A DNA stretch of 51,895 nucleotides from Actinomycetota bacterium (GCA_019348555.1 JAHWJH010000001.1:4629-56523), one strand, 5' to 3'. Shown: positions 39,592-48,969, counted from the stretch's first letter. Notes: generated by a model from the letters alone, not told the origin. Numbers and translations are program-made.

Positions 39592-39762
39592 ATCCCCCGG
39601 AGGGGAACATCGACTCGTCAGGGCGGCGGGCGGCGGCCCACGAACAGCGGCCACCACTGCGCCAGCTCCCCGTACAAGCGCAACTGGCCCGGAGCGTCGC
39701 TCATGCGTCATCCTCGCCCATCCCAGGAGTCTGCCGCCGCGGCGGCCTGCGACAGGAGCCCC

Positions 39763-40131
39763 ATGACGCCTCGCCTGATTCCCGAGCCGACCCGGGTGGC
39801 GGCCGCCGGCACCAAGCCCAAGATCATCGACGAGTACGTCGGGCGCCTCACCACCGGCGAACAACGCCTCAGCGTCGCCCACATGCGCAGTCCCGGTGGG
39901 TGGGAGGAACCCGGCCAGACCCCGGCGTTCGACGAGTTCACCGTGGTGCTGCGCGGCCGGCTGGTCGTCACCAGCGAGGCAGGGGAGCTGGCGGTGTCGG
40001 CAGGCCAGGCGGTGGTCGTCCCCGCAGGAGAATGGGTGCGCTACGCCACCCCAGACGACGAGGGGGCCGACTACGTCGCCGTGTGCCTCCCGGCGTTCTC
40101 CCCCGACACCGTGCACCGCGACGAGGGCTGA
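39763..40131 (+). CDS. cupin-domain protein
   Basis: About 122 aa. FDEFTVVLRGRLVV...GQAVVVPAGEWVRY is typical of a small cupin barrel. Confidence 0.6.
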   Translation: MTPRLIPEPTRVAAAGTKPKIIDEYVGRLTTGEQRLSVAHMRSPGGWEEPGQTPAFDEFTVVLRGRLVVTSEAGELAVSAGQAVVVPAGEWVRYATPDDEGADYVAVCLPAFSPDTVHRDEG

Positions 40132-40157
40132 CGCCCCTTCGCCGTAGCGTTGCGGGG

Positions 40158-40919
40158 GTGGACACCGCCGAGCCCCTCCGCCCTCCCGACTTCACCACGC
40201 CCGACGAGGAGCGCCAGCACCGCAAGCAACGCCTCGCGGCGGCGTTCCGCATCTTCGCCCGCCTCGGCTACGACGAGGGGATCGCCGGTCACATCAGCGC
40301 CCGCGACCCCGAACGACCCGACCACTTCTGGGTGAACCCCTTCGCCCGCTGGTTCGGCCACCTCCGGACCTCCGACCTGGTCTTGGTCGACGCCCACGGC
40401 GAGGTGGTGGCGGGCACGGCCCGGGTCAACACGGCGGCGTTCGCCATCCACTCCCAGGTGCACGCCGCCCGGCCCGACTGCGTGGCCGCCGCCCACGCCC
40501 ACTCGCTGCACGGCAAGGCGTGGTCGACGCTCGGGCGCCGGCTCGACCCCCTCACCCAGGACGCCTGCGTCTTCTACGACGACCACGGCCTCTACGACGA
40601 CTACCGGGGGGTGGTCCGCGAGATCGACGAGGGCAAGCGCGTGGCTCATGCCCTTGGCGACGCCAAGGCGGTGATCCTGCGCAACCACGGCCTGCTCACC
40701 GTCGGTCGCACGGTCGACGAGGCGGCCTGGTGGTTCATCACCATGGACCGCAGCTGCCACGCCCAGCTGCTGGCCGAAGCCGCCGGGACCCCCGTCGCCA
40801 TCGATCCCGAGACCGCCCGCTTCACCCGCGGCCAGGTGGGGTCGTCGTCGGCCGGTTGGCTCGGGTTCCAGCCCCTCTACGACTGGATCGTGGCCGAGGA
40901 GCCCGAGCTGCTCGAGTAG
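40158..40919 (+). CDS. class II aldolase/adducin-family protein
   Basis: Motifs are GIAGHISARDP, AFAIHSQVHAARPD, AAAHAHS and ILRNHGLLTVG. 253 aa. Confidence 0.85.
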   Translation: MDTAEPLRPPDFTTPDEERQHRKQRLAAAFRIFARLGYDEGIAGHISARDPERPDHFWVNPFARWFGHLRTSDLVLVDAHGEVVAGTARVNTAAFAIHSQVHAARPDCVAAAHAHSLHGKAWSTLGRRLDPLTQDACVFYDDHGLYDDYRGVVREIDEGKRVAHALGDAKAVILRNHGLLTVGRTVDEAAWWFITMDRSCHAQLLAEAAGTPVAIDPETARFTRGQVGSSSAGWLGFQPLYDWIVAEEPELLE

Positions 40920-41449
40920 CCGCCGCCGGCGACCGCCTCGGCGTCGGCCACGATCTGGGCGGCACGGGCCCGGGCCTCGAGCACCAGGGCCCGCGCTGCT
41001 CGCACGGCCAGTGGCACGGGATGCGGCGGCGGCGGCTCGTCGATCAACTCGCCGAGCACCTCCATCGCATCGGCCGACGCCTGGGCGGCGGTGACCAGAT
41101 CCGGTGCGGGCACCGGCGAGCAACGGACCACCGACGTGACCTTGGCCACCGCCGCCGACGTCGCCTCCTCGGCCGCCTCGGCCCGGGCCTCGGCCTCGGC
41201 AGCGGCGTGCTCGACGGCAGCGAGCTCCTCGGCCATGGCCGACAGCCGCTGCTCGGCCTCGAGCGCCCGGTTGGTGGCGGCCGCCACCTCGCGGGTGAGA
41301 CCCTCCATTGCCGCCGCGTCGCGTTGGCGGCGCCGCTGGAGCTTCTCGACCGAGTCGGCGACGGCGCCCAGCAGGCGGTCGACCTCGTCGCGGTCGTAGC
41401 CCATCATCCGGCTGGCGAAGCCGGGATTGCGCAGGTCCTCCAGCGTCAT
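40877..41449 (-). CDS. DivIVA-domain protein
   Basis: The N-terminus LEDLRNPGFASRMMGYDRDEVDRLL is the DivIVA signature, followed by an Ala/Glu coiled coil. The 3' end overlaps the convergent aldolase gene by 43 bp. Confidence 0.7.
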   Translation of the reverse strand: MTLEDLRNPGFASRMMGYDRDEVDRLLGAVADSVEKLQRRRQRDAAAMEGLTREVAAATNRALEAEQRLSAMAEELAAVEHAAAEAEARAEAAEEATSAAVAKVTSVVRCSPVPAPDLVTAAQASADAMEVLGELIDEPPPPHPVPLAVRAARALVLEARARAAQIVADAEAVAGGGYSSSSGSSATIQS

Positions 41450-41471
41450 TCGCACGGCGCGGATCGTACCG

Positions 41472-43004
41472 TCAGCAACGCGGTCGGGCATCGAAGGTGC
41501 TGACCAGGCGCCGGGCGGCACGAGCCTCGTCGACCCGCCCGACCGGCGTGGTACGAGGGGCGGCGTGATCGTCGGGCGACGCCGACTCGGCGATGTCGAT
41601 CAGGGCGTCGGCCAGGGCGGCGAGGGTCTGGGGGCTTTCGGTCTCGGTGGGCTCGATCATGAGCGCCTCGTCGACCACCAGGGGGAAGGCCACGGTCGGG
41701 GCGTGGAAGCCGTGCTCGAGCAGCCGCTTGCCCACGTCGACGGCGCGCACCCCGTGGCGGCGGCGCAGCCCGGCGGCGGACACCACGCACTCGTGCATGC
41801 ACGGTCGGTCGTAGGGGATGTCGTAGTGCCCGCGCAGGCGCTGGCGCAGCCAGTTGGCGTTGAGCACCGCTGCCTCCGCCACCCGGCGGAGCCCGTCGCC
41901 CCCGGTGGCCAACAGGTAGGTGTAGGCCCGGGCCAGTGCCAGGGCGTTGCCGTGCCATCCGTGCACCCGCCCGATGGAGCGGGCGGGGGTGTGCCACCCG
42001 TAGCCGGCGCCGGTGGCCACGGGCCTGGGCCCGGGCAGGAACGGTGCCAGCGCCTCGGTGACCGCCACCGGGCCCGCACCCGGCCCTCCGCCGCCGTGGG
42101 GGACGGCGAAGGTCTTGTGCAGGTTGAGATGGACGATGTCGAAGCCCATGTCGCCTGGACGGGTGACGCCGAGGATGGCGTTGAGGTTGGCCCCGTCGTA
42201 GTACACGAGCCCGCCGACGTCGTGGACGGCCTCGGCGATCTCGGCGATGTCCTCCTCGAACAACCCCAGGGTGTTGGGGTTGGTGAGCATGATGCCGGCG
42301 ACGTCGTCGTCGAGCAGGTGGCGCAAGGCGGCCACGTCGACACAGCCACGGTGGTCGCTCGGCACCGTGACCGTCCGGTAGCCCCCGAGGGTGACCGACG
42401 CCGGGTTGGTGCCGTGGGCCGAGTCGGGGATGAGCACCTTGGTGCGGGGCGGGCTCGCCGGCGTCGCCGTGGAGGCGTGGTGGGCGCGCATGAGCAGCAA
42501 CCCGGTCAGCTCGCCCGCCGCTCCCGCCGGGGGCTGGAGGCTCACGGCGTGCATCCCGGTGATCTCGGCCAATGACCCCTCGAGCGCCACCAGCAGCTCG
42601 AGCCAGCCCTGGATGGCCGCCGCCGGCGCCGCCGGGTGCACCCGGGCCAGGCCAGGAAGACCGGCGGCGGTGTCGCAGACCTTGGGGTTGTACTTCATCG
42701 TGCACGAGCCCAACGGGTACGCACCGAGATCGACGGAGTACTGCCTCGAGGTGAGGCGGGTGTGGTGGGCGACCAGGTCGCGCTCGGACAGCTCGGGCAG
42801 GGCCACCGGCTCTGGCGCCAGGTGCTGGGCCGGCACCAGCTCGTCGGCGTCCCACGGCGGCAGGCCCGACGACCGGAACGACCAGGCCACCCGCCCGGGA
42901 GAGGACAGCTCGAACACGGTGGGCTCACTGGCGCGCCCGAGCACCGGAGCGCTGGCCGCCCGGCCCCCCGGGGCGGGTCGGCGCTCTGTCGGGGCGGCGC
43001 TCAT
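41472..43004 (-). CDS. gcvPB: glycine dehydrogenase (aminomethyl-transferring) subunit 2
   Basis: Motifs are LGSCTMKYNP, the PLP-site region NLHKTFAVPHGGGGPGAGP, and HAPTVAFP. The ATG overlaps the gcvPA stop. Confidence 0.95.
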   Translation of the reverse strand: MSAAPTERRPAPGGRAASAPVLGRASEPTVFELSSPGRVAWSFRSSGLPPWDADELVPAQHLAPEPVALPELSERDLVAHHTRLTSRQYSVDLGAYPLGSCTMKYNPKVCDTAAGLPGLARVHPAAPAAAIQGWLELLVALEGSLAEITGMHAVSLQPPAGAAGELTGLLLMRAHHASTATPASPPRTKVLIPDSAHGTNPASVTLGGYRTVTVPSDHRGCVDVAALRHLLDDDVAGIMLTNPNTLGLFEEDIAEIAEAVHDVGGLVYYDGANLNAILGVTRPGDMGFDIVHLNLHKTFAVPHGGGGPGAGPVAVTEALAPFLPGPRPVATGAGYGWHTPARSIGRVHGWHGNALALARAYTYLLATGGDGLRRVAEAAVLNANWLRQRLRGHYDIPYDRPCMHECVVSAAGLRRRHGVRAVDVGKRLLEHGFHAPTVAFPLVVDEALMIEPTETESPQTLAALADALIDIAESASPDDHAAPRTTPVGRVDEARAARRLVSTFDARPRC

Positions 43005-44410
43005 CGCAACACCTTGGCCAGGGAGTCGGCGAAGGCGTCGATCTCGGTACGGGTGCGGCGCTCGGTGGCCGCCACCAGGAGCCCCTTGCCGTAGTCGCGC
43101 TCCCCCGCCGGGTCGTTCCCGAGCACCACACCGGCGAGGAAGCCCTCGTCGAGCATGCGCTCGACCACCACCGTGGGCGCCACGCTCAGGCGCACGGCGA
43201 ACTCCCGCAGGGTCGGGGCGTCCGCCAGCGGCTCGACCCCCTCGATGGCCACCAGGCGCTCACGGGTGTAGCGGGTGGCCCGGGCGCAGCGCAGCGCCAG
43301 CTCCCGCAGCCCCGACGTGCCGAGCCACGCCAGCTGGATGGCACAGGCCACGGCGATCAACGTCTGATTGGTACAGACGTTGGAGGACGCCTTCTCGCGG
43401 CGGATGTCCTGCTCACGGGCCCGAAGGGTCGACACGTAGGCGGTGCGGCCCTCCACGTCGACGGTCTCGCCCACCAGGCGGCCCGGAAGGCGCCGGACGT
43501 GCTCCAGCCGGCTGGCGAACAGCCCGAGGTAGGGCCCGCCGAAGGACAGCGGCGTGCCGAAGGGCTGGCCCTCCCCCACCACCACGTCGGCCCCCCACGA
43601 GCCGGGGGTGCGCAGCACGCCGGCCGCCACCGGGTCGAACGCCACGATCAGCAGCGCCCCGTGGTCGTCGGCCGCCCGACGGGCGGCATCGAGGTCTTCC
43701 AGGCAGCCCAGGTAGTTGGGGTACTGCACCAGCACGGCGCCGAGCTCCCCTGTCGGCGGCGCTCCCCAGTCGGTGACCCCGCCCCGCAATGGTGCGGCCA
43801 CGACGTCGAGGCCGGTTCCGGCGGCGAAGGTCGACAGGGTGGCCCGCCAGTGGGGGTGGACTCCCGTGCTGGCCCAGACCCCCTTGCGACCGGTGACCGC
43901 CGCCGCCAGGTTGGCCGCCTCCACGGTGGCGCTGGCGCCGTCGTAGAGCGAGGCGTTGGCGACGTCGACGCCGCTGATGCGCGCCACCATGGTCTGGTAC
44001 TCGAACAGCGCCTGCAGCACGCCCTGGGCGACCTCGGGCTGGTAGGGGGTGTAGGCGGTGACGTACTCCGAGCGCCCGGCCAGCGCCCGCACCGCTTCGG
44101 GCACCTCGTGGTCGTAGGCGCCGCCGCCGGCGAAGCACACCAGCCCTGAGCCGGCGGCCACCCCCGGCCCGGTGCAGGCCACGTTGGCGGCGGCCAGGCG
44201 CTCCATCTCTGCCACGACGTCGGGCTCGCCGAGACCGTCGGGCAGGTCGAGGTAGCGGCCGGCCCCGTCGCCACTCGGCGCCCCGGCGGCGAGGCGAAGG
44301 GCCTCGGGGATCACGGCGAAGAGCTCGTCGAGCGACTGCAGGCCGAGGAGCCCGAGCATCGACGCCACTTCGGCGTCGGTGTGGGGCACGTAGCCCGGCA
44401 CCGCCGTCAC
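43001..44410 (-). CDS. gcvPA: glycine dehydrogenase (aminomethyl-transferring) subunit 1
   Basis: Motifs are YVPHTDAEVASML, FAGGGAYDHEVP, TAYTPYQPEVAQG and REQDIRREKASSNVCTNQ. GTG 44410 overlaps the gcvT stop. Confidence 0.95.
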   Translation of the reverse strand: MTAVPGYVPHTDAEVASMLGLLGLQSLDELFAVIPEALRLAAGAPSGDGAGRYLDLPDGLGEPDVVAEMERLAAANVACTGPGVAAGSGLVCFAGGGAYDHEVPEAVRALAGRSEYVTAYTPYQPEVAQGVLQALFEYQTMVARISGVDVANASLYDGASATVEAANLAAAVTGRKGVWASTGVHPHWRATLSTFAAGTGLDVVAAPLRGGVTDWGAPPTGELGAVLVQYPNYLGCLEDLDAARRAADDHGALLIVAFDPVAAGVLRTPGSWGADVVVGEGQPFGTPLSFGGPYLGLFASRLEHVRRLPGRLVGETVDVEGRTAYVSTLRAREQDIRREKASSNVCTNQTLIAVACAIQLAWLGTSGLRELALRCARATRYTRERLVAIEGVEPLADAPTLREFAVRLSVAPTVVVERMLDEGFLAGVVLGNDPAGERDYGKGLLVAATERRTRTEIDAFADSLAKVLR

Positions 44411-45477
44411 GGCCCCGTCCCGCCCGCCCGGCTCCGCCGGACGAAGGGTGGATCGACCACCACGGCGGGCGCCTGGGTGCCCCTGAGGTCGACCTCGACC
44501 GGCTGGCCGGCCACGACCTCCGGGGCGAGCAGCGCCAGGCCGATGCCCCGCTCCAGGATCGGGGAGAAGTTCCCGCTCGTCACCCGGCCAACGGTACGGC
44601 CCCGGGCCAGCACCGCCTGCCCCTCGCGGGGCGGGCGCCGGCCCGCGAGGCGCAGCCCGCGGAGCACCCGTCGGGGCCCCCGCTCGCGCTCGGCCATCAG
44701 CGCCGCCTTTCCGGCGAAGTCGGCCTTGTCCCAGCCCACCACCCACGACAGCCCCGCCTGCAGTGGGGTGATCCCCGGGCCGAGCTCGTGGCCGTGCAGC
44801 GGCAGCCCCGCCTCGAGGCGCAAGGTGTCGCGGGCGCCGAGGCCGGCGGGAGCTGCCCCTGCCTCCACCAGGGCATCCCACAGCGCCGGTGCGGCCTCGG
44901 CGGCAACCGCCAGCTCGACCCCGTCCTCGCCGGTGTAGCCGGTGCCGGCGACCACCACGGTGCCGAAGCGCCCCGACACCTCGGCGACCCGCGAGCGCCC
45001 GACGACGGCCGCCGCCGGCTCCACCGCAGCCACCGCCCGCCGGGCGGCGGGGCCCTGCACGGCGAGGACCGCCCGATCGGCGGTGACGTCGTCCCCGCCG
45101 AGGGCCTGGCGCACCCTGGCGGTGTTGGAGGCGTTGGGCATGACGTCGAAGCGCTCGGGTGCCACCCACCACACCAAGACGTCGTCGACCACCGACCCGT
45201 CCGCAGGGTCGAGCAGGTGGGAGTACTGCGTGCGCCCCGGTGCGATGCGACCCAGGTCGTTGCTCAAGCCTCCCTGGAGGATGTCGAAGGCTCCCGGCCC
45301 CAGGAGGCGGACCGTGCCCAGGTGGCTCACGTCGAACAGGGCCACCCCTGAACGGCAGGCGCGGTGCTCGGCGACGGTGCCCGCCGGATACGACAGGGGC
45401 ATCGACCAGCCCCCGAAGTCGACCATCTTGGCGCCGAGGCGGCGGTGCTGGGCGTCGAGGGGCGAGGTCCGGCTCAT
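44407..45477 (-). CDS. gcvT: glycine cleavage system aminomethyltransferase T
   Basis: Motifs are SPLDAQHRRLGAKMVDFGGWSMPLSY, ALFDVSHLG, GYTGEDGVEL and ARDTLRLEAGLPLHGHEL. Confidence 0.95.
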   Translation of the reverse strand: MSRTSPLDAQHRRLGAKMVDFGGWSMPLSYPAGTVAEHRACRSGVALFDVSHLGTVRLLGPGAFDILQGGLSNDLGRIAPGRTQYSHLLDPADGSVVDDVLVWWVAPERFDVMPNASNTARVRQALGGDDVTADRAVLAVQGPAARRAVAAVEPAAAVVGRSRVAEVSGRFGTVVVAGTGYTGEDGVELAVAAEAAPALWDALVEAGAAPAGLGARDTLRLEAGLPLHGHELGPGITPLQAGLSWVVGWDKADFAGKAALMAERERGPRRVLRGLRLAGRRPPREGQAVLARGRTVGRVTSGNFSPILERGIGLALLAPEVVAGQPVEVDLRGTQAPAVVVDPPFVRRSRAGGTGP

Positions 45478-45851
45478 CGAGAGCCGACGACGGACGGATC
45501 CGCCGCCGGGTCCGGCCCCACCGCCGCCGCTGCCTCGTCCAGCCCGTACTTCGCCAGCAGGGCACAGAAGTCGCGCCGGTAGACCACCCGCACGTCGATC
45601 TCCGGGTGGAGCTGGCGGAGGCGACGGACCTTGGCGTTCTTCTTGGTGACCAGCTTCTGGCTCAGCGTGGTGAGCTCGATGAAGCAGTCGTGCTCGGGCA
45701 GGAAGAAATCGGGGCTGAACGCTCGGGTGGGACGACCTTCGGCGTCGCGATCGAGCACGAAGGTGCGAGGCTCGTACTCCCAGGCGACGCCGTAGAAGTC
45801 GAGCAGGCGGGCGAACTCGTACTCCGACGGGTGGGCGAATCGGACGCCCAT
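45474..45851 (-). CDS. small conserved hypothetical, possibly PD-(D/E)xK-like fold
   Basis: 125 aa. SEYEFARLLDFYGV...FSPDFFLPEHDCFIELTT resembles the E...PD...(D/E)xK nuclease layout, but with T where K is expected. The stop overlaps the gcvT ATG. Confidence 0.5.
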   Translation of the reverse strand: MGVRFAHPSEYEFARLLDFYGVAWEYEPRTFVLDRDAEGRPTRAFSPDFFLPEHDCFIELTTLSQKLVTKKNAKVRRLRQLHPEIDVRVVYRRDFCALLAKYGLDEAAAAVGPDPAADPSVVGSR

Positions 45852-45868
45852 GGCGGCGGGAACCGCCG

Positions 45869-46369
45869 CTACCAGGCCACCGACGCCGAGCCGCCGTCGA
45901 ACTCTGCCGATGCCGGCTGCCCGGTGGTGGTCGTCGCCGGACCGGGCGGCGGCGCCGGCAGCTCGAGGATGGCGGCGTCGACCTCCCCCTTCACCCCGGC
46001 CAGCGGCACGATGTTGAGCACGCCCTGGCCGGTCCGCAGCAGGTCGACGATCTCCTCGCCGGTACGCACGAGGACCGACGTGGCCCCGTTGAGCACCAGG
46101 TTGGCGCTGGCGATGTCGCCTCCCACGTGGGCACGCAGGTACTCGATCGCCTTGCGGGCCGACCTCAGGGAGACGCCCGCATCGAGCAGGCTCTTGATGA
46201 CCTTGAGCTCCAGGAGGTCACCGTAGGAATACCGGCGCTGCGAGCCGCTCCCCCGGGCGTCGTTGATCGACGGGCGCAGGAGGTCGGTGCGTGCCCAGTA
46301 GTCGAGCTGGCGGTAGGTGATGCCCACGATCGCGCAGACCTGCGGACCCCGGTACCCTTCGTCGACCAT
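45869..46369 (-). CDS. MerR-family transcriptional regulator
   Basis: The HTH is VCAIVGITYRQLDYWARTDLL...RRYSYGDLLELKVIKSLL. ATG 46369 follows GGGGGAGGGG. Confidence 0.8.
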   Translation of the reverse strand: MVDEGYRGPQVCAIVGITYRQLDYWARTDLLRPSINDARGSGSQRRYSYGDLLELKVIKSLLDAGVSLRSARKAIEYLRAHVGGDIASANLVLNGATSVLVRTGEEIVDLLRTGQGVLNIVPLAGVKGEVDAAILELPAPPPGPATTTTGQPASAEFDGGSASVAW

Positions 46370-46420
46370 CGAGGCCCCTCCCCCATCCACCTGCGGGCGG
46401 CTTGGAATTACGCCGGTGTC

Positions 46421-46448
46421 ATCCTAGCCACGCCCCGGCCGCCGTCAA
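46421..46448 (-). promoter_or_regulatory. candidate housekeeping-sigma promoter for the MerR-gcvT-PA-PB transcription unit
   Basis: On the minus strand: TTGACG-16 nt-TAGGAT, 50-80 nt upstream of the MerR start. Confidence 0.35.
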
Positions 46449-46458
46449 GGACCTACGG

Positions 46459-46935
46459 CTAGCTCGAGAAGTCTTCCGGGTTGACGTGTTCGATGAACTG
46501 ACGGAACTCGTCGACGATCTGGTCCTGCTCCTCCGGAGGGCCCTCGATGGCGGGGGCCCCGGCGTCGTCGAGCACGTCATCGGTGGCGAAGATGGACGCG
46601 TTGACTCGAACGGCGAGAGCGATGGCGTCGGAAGGCCGGCTGGAGACCCTGTGCACGGCGCCGGCGAGCCCGAGCTCGACCTCGGCGAAGAAGGTGCTGT
46701 CGCGCAGCTCGGTGAGCACGATGCGCTGGACCTTGGCCCCGAGAGCGCCGATGAGGTCACGCATGAGGTCGTGGGTCATGGGACGGGGGGTGGCGACGCC
46801 CTCCAGGGCCAAGGCGATGGCCTTGGCCTCCTCCTGGCCGATGTAAATGGGCAGCACCCGGCCGCCGCCGTGCTCTCGCAGCAACACCACCGGGGCGTTG
46901 GCGGGCAGCTCCAGGCGAACCCCGAGGAGCTCCAT
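46459..46935 (-). CDS. bifunctional nuclease (DUF151) family protein
   Basis: Motifs are VVLLRE...RVLPIYIGQEEAKAIALALEGVATPRPMTHDL and RPSDAIALAVR. Confidence 0.8.
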   Translation of the reverse strand: MELLGVRLELPANAPVVLLREHGGGRVLPIYIGQEEAKAIALALEGVATPRPMTHDLMRDLIGALGAKVQRIVLTELRDSTFFAEVELGLAGAVHRVSSRPSDAIALAVRVNASIFATDDVLDDAGAPAIEGPPEEQDQIVDEFRQFIEHVNPEDFSS

Positions 46936-47006
46936 CTGCACCACGCCAGGCACCCTACCGTCTCGATGTTCCGGCAATGTGTCGATCGTGGCCTCATCGT
47001 CGAAGT

Positions 47007-47567
47007 TCAGCCGCCGGTGCCGTAGAGCTGGGCCACATGGGCGTCGGGATCGAAGCGCAGCTCCGCCAGATCGGCCGCGGCCAGGAGGTCGAGGTTGCGG
47101 TAGCGACCCCGGTAGCCGAGCCCGTAGCCGACCACGAACTGCTCGCCGACCTCGACGCCCACCCAGCGCAGCGGGACCGGGACGAGCCGGTGGTGCTGAC
47201 GATCGACCAGCGTGCAGAAGTCGAGGGAGCGGGGCCGGCGCCGGTCGAGCTCCCCGAGCAGCCACGTCGAGGTCAGCCCGGTGTCGACCACGTCGCTGAC
47301 CACCACCACCGGGCGCCCGGCGAGGTCGGTGTCGAGGTCCTTCACCAGCCGGGCCCTGCCGGCCTCGGGCCCGTAGGTCGACAGGGCGAGGAAGTCGACG
47401 GCGCACCGACTGCTCACGTTCCTGACCAGGTCGGCCAGGAACAACACGCTGCCGTCGAGCAGCCCCACCAGGACCACCCCGTCGCCGCACGCCTCGGAGA
47501 TGCCACGGCCCAGCTCCCCCACCCGCTCGTGCAGGGCGTCGCTGGGCAGCAGGACTCGGGCGACCAC
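47007..47567 (-). CDS. hypoxanthine/guanine phosphoribosyltransferase-like protein (divergent)
   Basis: HPRT layout: VLVGLLDGSVLFLADL, DFLALSTYG, the PRPP loop PVVVVSDVVDTGLT, and FVVGYGLGYRGRYRNL. The PRPP loop reads SD where ED is canonical. Confidence 0.75.
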   Translation of the reverse strand: MVARVLLPSDALHERVGELGRGISEACGDGVVLVGLLDGSVLFLADLVRNVSSRCAVDFLALSTYGPEAGRARLVKDLDTDLAGRPVVVVSDVVDTGLTSTWLLGELDRRRPRSLDFCTLVDRQHHRLVPVPLRWVGVEVGEQFVVGYGLGYRGRYRNLDLLAAADLAELRFDPDAHVAQLYGTGG

Positions 47568-47574
47568 GCTGGCG

Positions 47575-48459
47575 CTAGGAGCGCCGGCGCCCCTTGGCCT
47601 CGGGAACGGCCTCCCCCACCCCTCGCAAGGCCCGCTGCAACAACACGTCACGGAGGCCGGCTCCGAGATCACAGAGGTCGGCCAGCGTCTTCATCGCTTG
47701 ATGGCGCGCCGCCGGGTTGCGCTGCTTCATCAGGGGCAGCACCACCTGCTCGTAGAACCCTGCCTCGCGCTCGGCGGCGTTCTTGTACATCCGCAGGTGA
47801 CGGGGCTCCACGCCGTGGCGGGCGAAGCCGGCCACCAACCGGGCCACCCGCACAGCATCGCTGTCGTAGTAGAGCTGGCCACCGACCGCCCCGCCCACGA
47901 GCAGGCCGTGGCGCTCGAGCTGGGCGAGGTCGGCGGGGTTGAGGCCGCTGGCACGAGCCAGCTCGTCGCGGGTGTAGGTGGCCGGGGTGGTGTCGACGTC
48001 GTCGGCCTCCGGGTCCACATCGGCTGTCGCCTGCTCGGCTGTCGCCTGCTCGGCGGCGGCCGGTGTGGGGGCGGCGGGTGGGGGATCGGCCGGTGGCGGG
48101 TCGGCGCGCGCCGGCGCAGGAGCGGGCGGGGGCGGCGTGGGCACAGGCGCTTCCGGTGCCGCCGGGGCCGGCGCCGGGATGTCGTCGGCCATGGCGTCGC
48201 TGCCCTCGGCCTCGAGACGACCCTTGATGACCTTGAGCGGCAGGAAGTTCTCCCGCTGCTGGCGAAGGATCCAGCGCAGGCGGTCGACGTCTGCTTGGTA
48301 GAACTTGCGGTAGCCCGAGGCGGTCCGCTCCGGGTCGAGCAGACCCTGGCTCTCGAGGAAGCGGATCTTCGAGATGGTCACGTCGGGGAACTCGCCCTTG
48401 AGCAGGTCGAGCATCTCGCCGATCGACAGCGACTCCGCCCCGGGCATCGTCTCGCTCAC
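47575..48459 (-). CDS. MerR-family regulator with long Pro/Ala linker (Rv1828/FtsR-like position)
   Basis: The N-terminal HTH is LSIGEMLDLLKGEFPDVTISKIRFLESQGLL...YRKFYQADVDRL, and there is a second helical C-domain. The start overlaps the FHA gene stop. Confidence 0.8.
   Translation of the reverse strand: MSETMPGAESLSIGEMLDLLKGEFPDVTISKIRFLESQGLLDPERTASGYRKFYQADVDRLRWILRQQRENFLPLKVIKGRLEAEGSDAMADDIPAPAPAAPEAPVPTPPPPAPAPARADPPPADPPPAAPTPAAAEQATAEQATADVDPEADDVDTTPATYTRDELARASGLNPADLAQLERHGLLVGGAVGGQLYYDSDAVRVARLVAGFARHGVEPRHLRMYKNAAEREAGFYEQVVLPLMKQRNPAARHQAMKTLADLCDLGAGLRDVLLQRALRGVGEAVPEAKGRRRS
48021..48054. repeat. 15-bp tandem duplication (2.3 copies) inside the MerR linker
   Basis: CGGCTGTCGCCTGCT appears twice exactly, followed by CGGC. 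It encodes AEQAT-AEQAT. Confidence 0.9.
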
Positions 48460-48947
48460 GCCGGCTCCGGCCTGGAGGTGTCCAGGTACACCAGCTTGAA
48501 CCGCCCGATCTGCACCTCGTCGCCGTTGGCGATGGTGGCCTCCTCGATGCGCTCACGGTTCAGGTAGGTCCCGTTGAGCGACCCGGCGTCGCGCAGCACA
48601 TAGCCGGTTCCCCGGCGAAGGAGCTCGGCGTGGCGGCGCGACACGGTCACGTCGTCGAGGAAGATGTCGCTGTCGGGGTGGCGCCCCGCCGAGACCACCG
48701 AGCGGTCGAGCACGAACTTCGAGCCGGCACCGGGGCCGCGCTTGACCACCAGCATGCCGGTACCCTCCGGCAGCTCGTCGAGGGCGACCGACACCTCGTC
48801 GGAGGGAGGACCGGTCTCGGGACCCACGGGCGCCAGGCTGATGGTGTGGTCCTGGCCACGGACGTCGAGGACCGCCCCGCACGACGAGCAGAAATTGGCG
48901 CTGTCGGGGTTGGCGTGCCCGCACTGGTTGCAGAAGACGTCGTCCAC
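48456..48947 (-). CDS. FHA-domain protein with N-terminal zinc ribbon (GarA/OdhI-like position)
   Basis: The zinc ribbon is CNQCGHANPDSANFCSSCG. The FHA core is SAGRHPDSDIFLDDVTVSRRHAELLRRGTGYVLRDAGSLNGTYLN. Confidence 0.85.
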   Translation of the reverse strand: MDDVFCNQCGHANPDSANFCSSCGAVLDVRGQDHTISLAPVGPETGPPSDEVSVALDELPEGTGMLVVKRGPGAGSKFVLDRSVVSAGRHPDSDIFLDDVTVSRRHAELLRRGTGYVLRDAGSLNGTYLNRERIEEATIANGDEVQIGRFKLVYLDTSRPEPA

Positions 48948-48969
48948 GTGATCCTCGCTGGCCTGGACC

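Noticed and set aside
44411-45565. Upstream extension of the gcvPA frame (ORF 43001..45565).
   Set aside because: The extension overlaps gcvT in another frame and is low complexity. GcvPA homology starts at GTG 44410, which is coupled to the gcvT stop.
45852-46458. Glycine riboswitch upstream of the gcvT unit.
   Set aside because: The spacers are only 17 and 89 nt and lack the conserved GGAGAG...CACCG...GGGCAA-type cores. A promoter-like TTGACG-N16-TAGGAT fits better.
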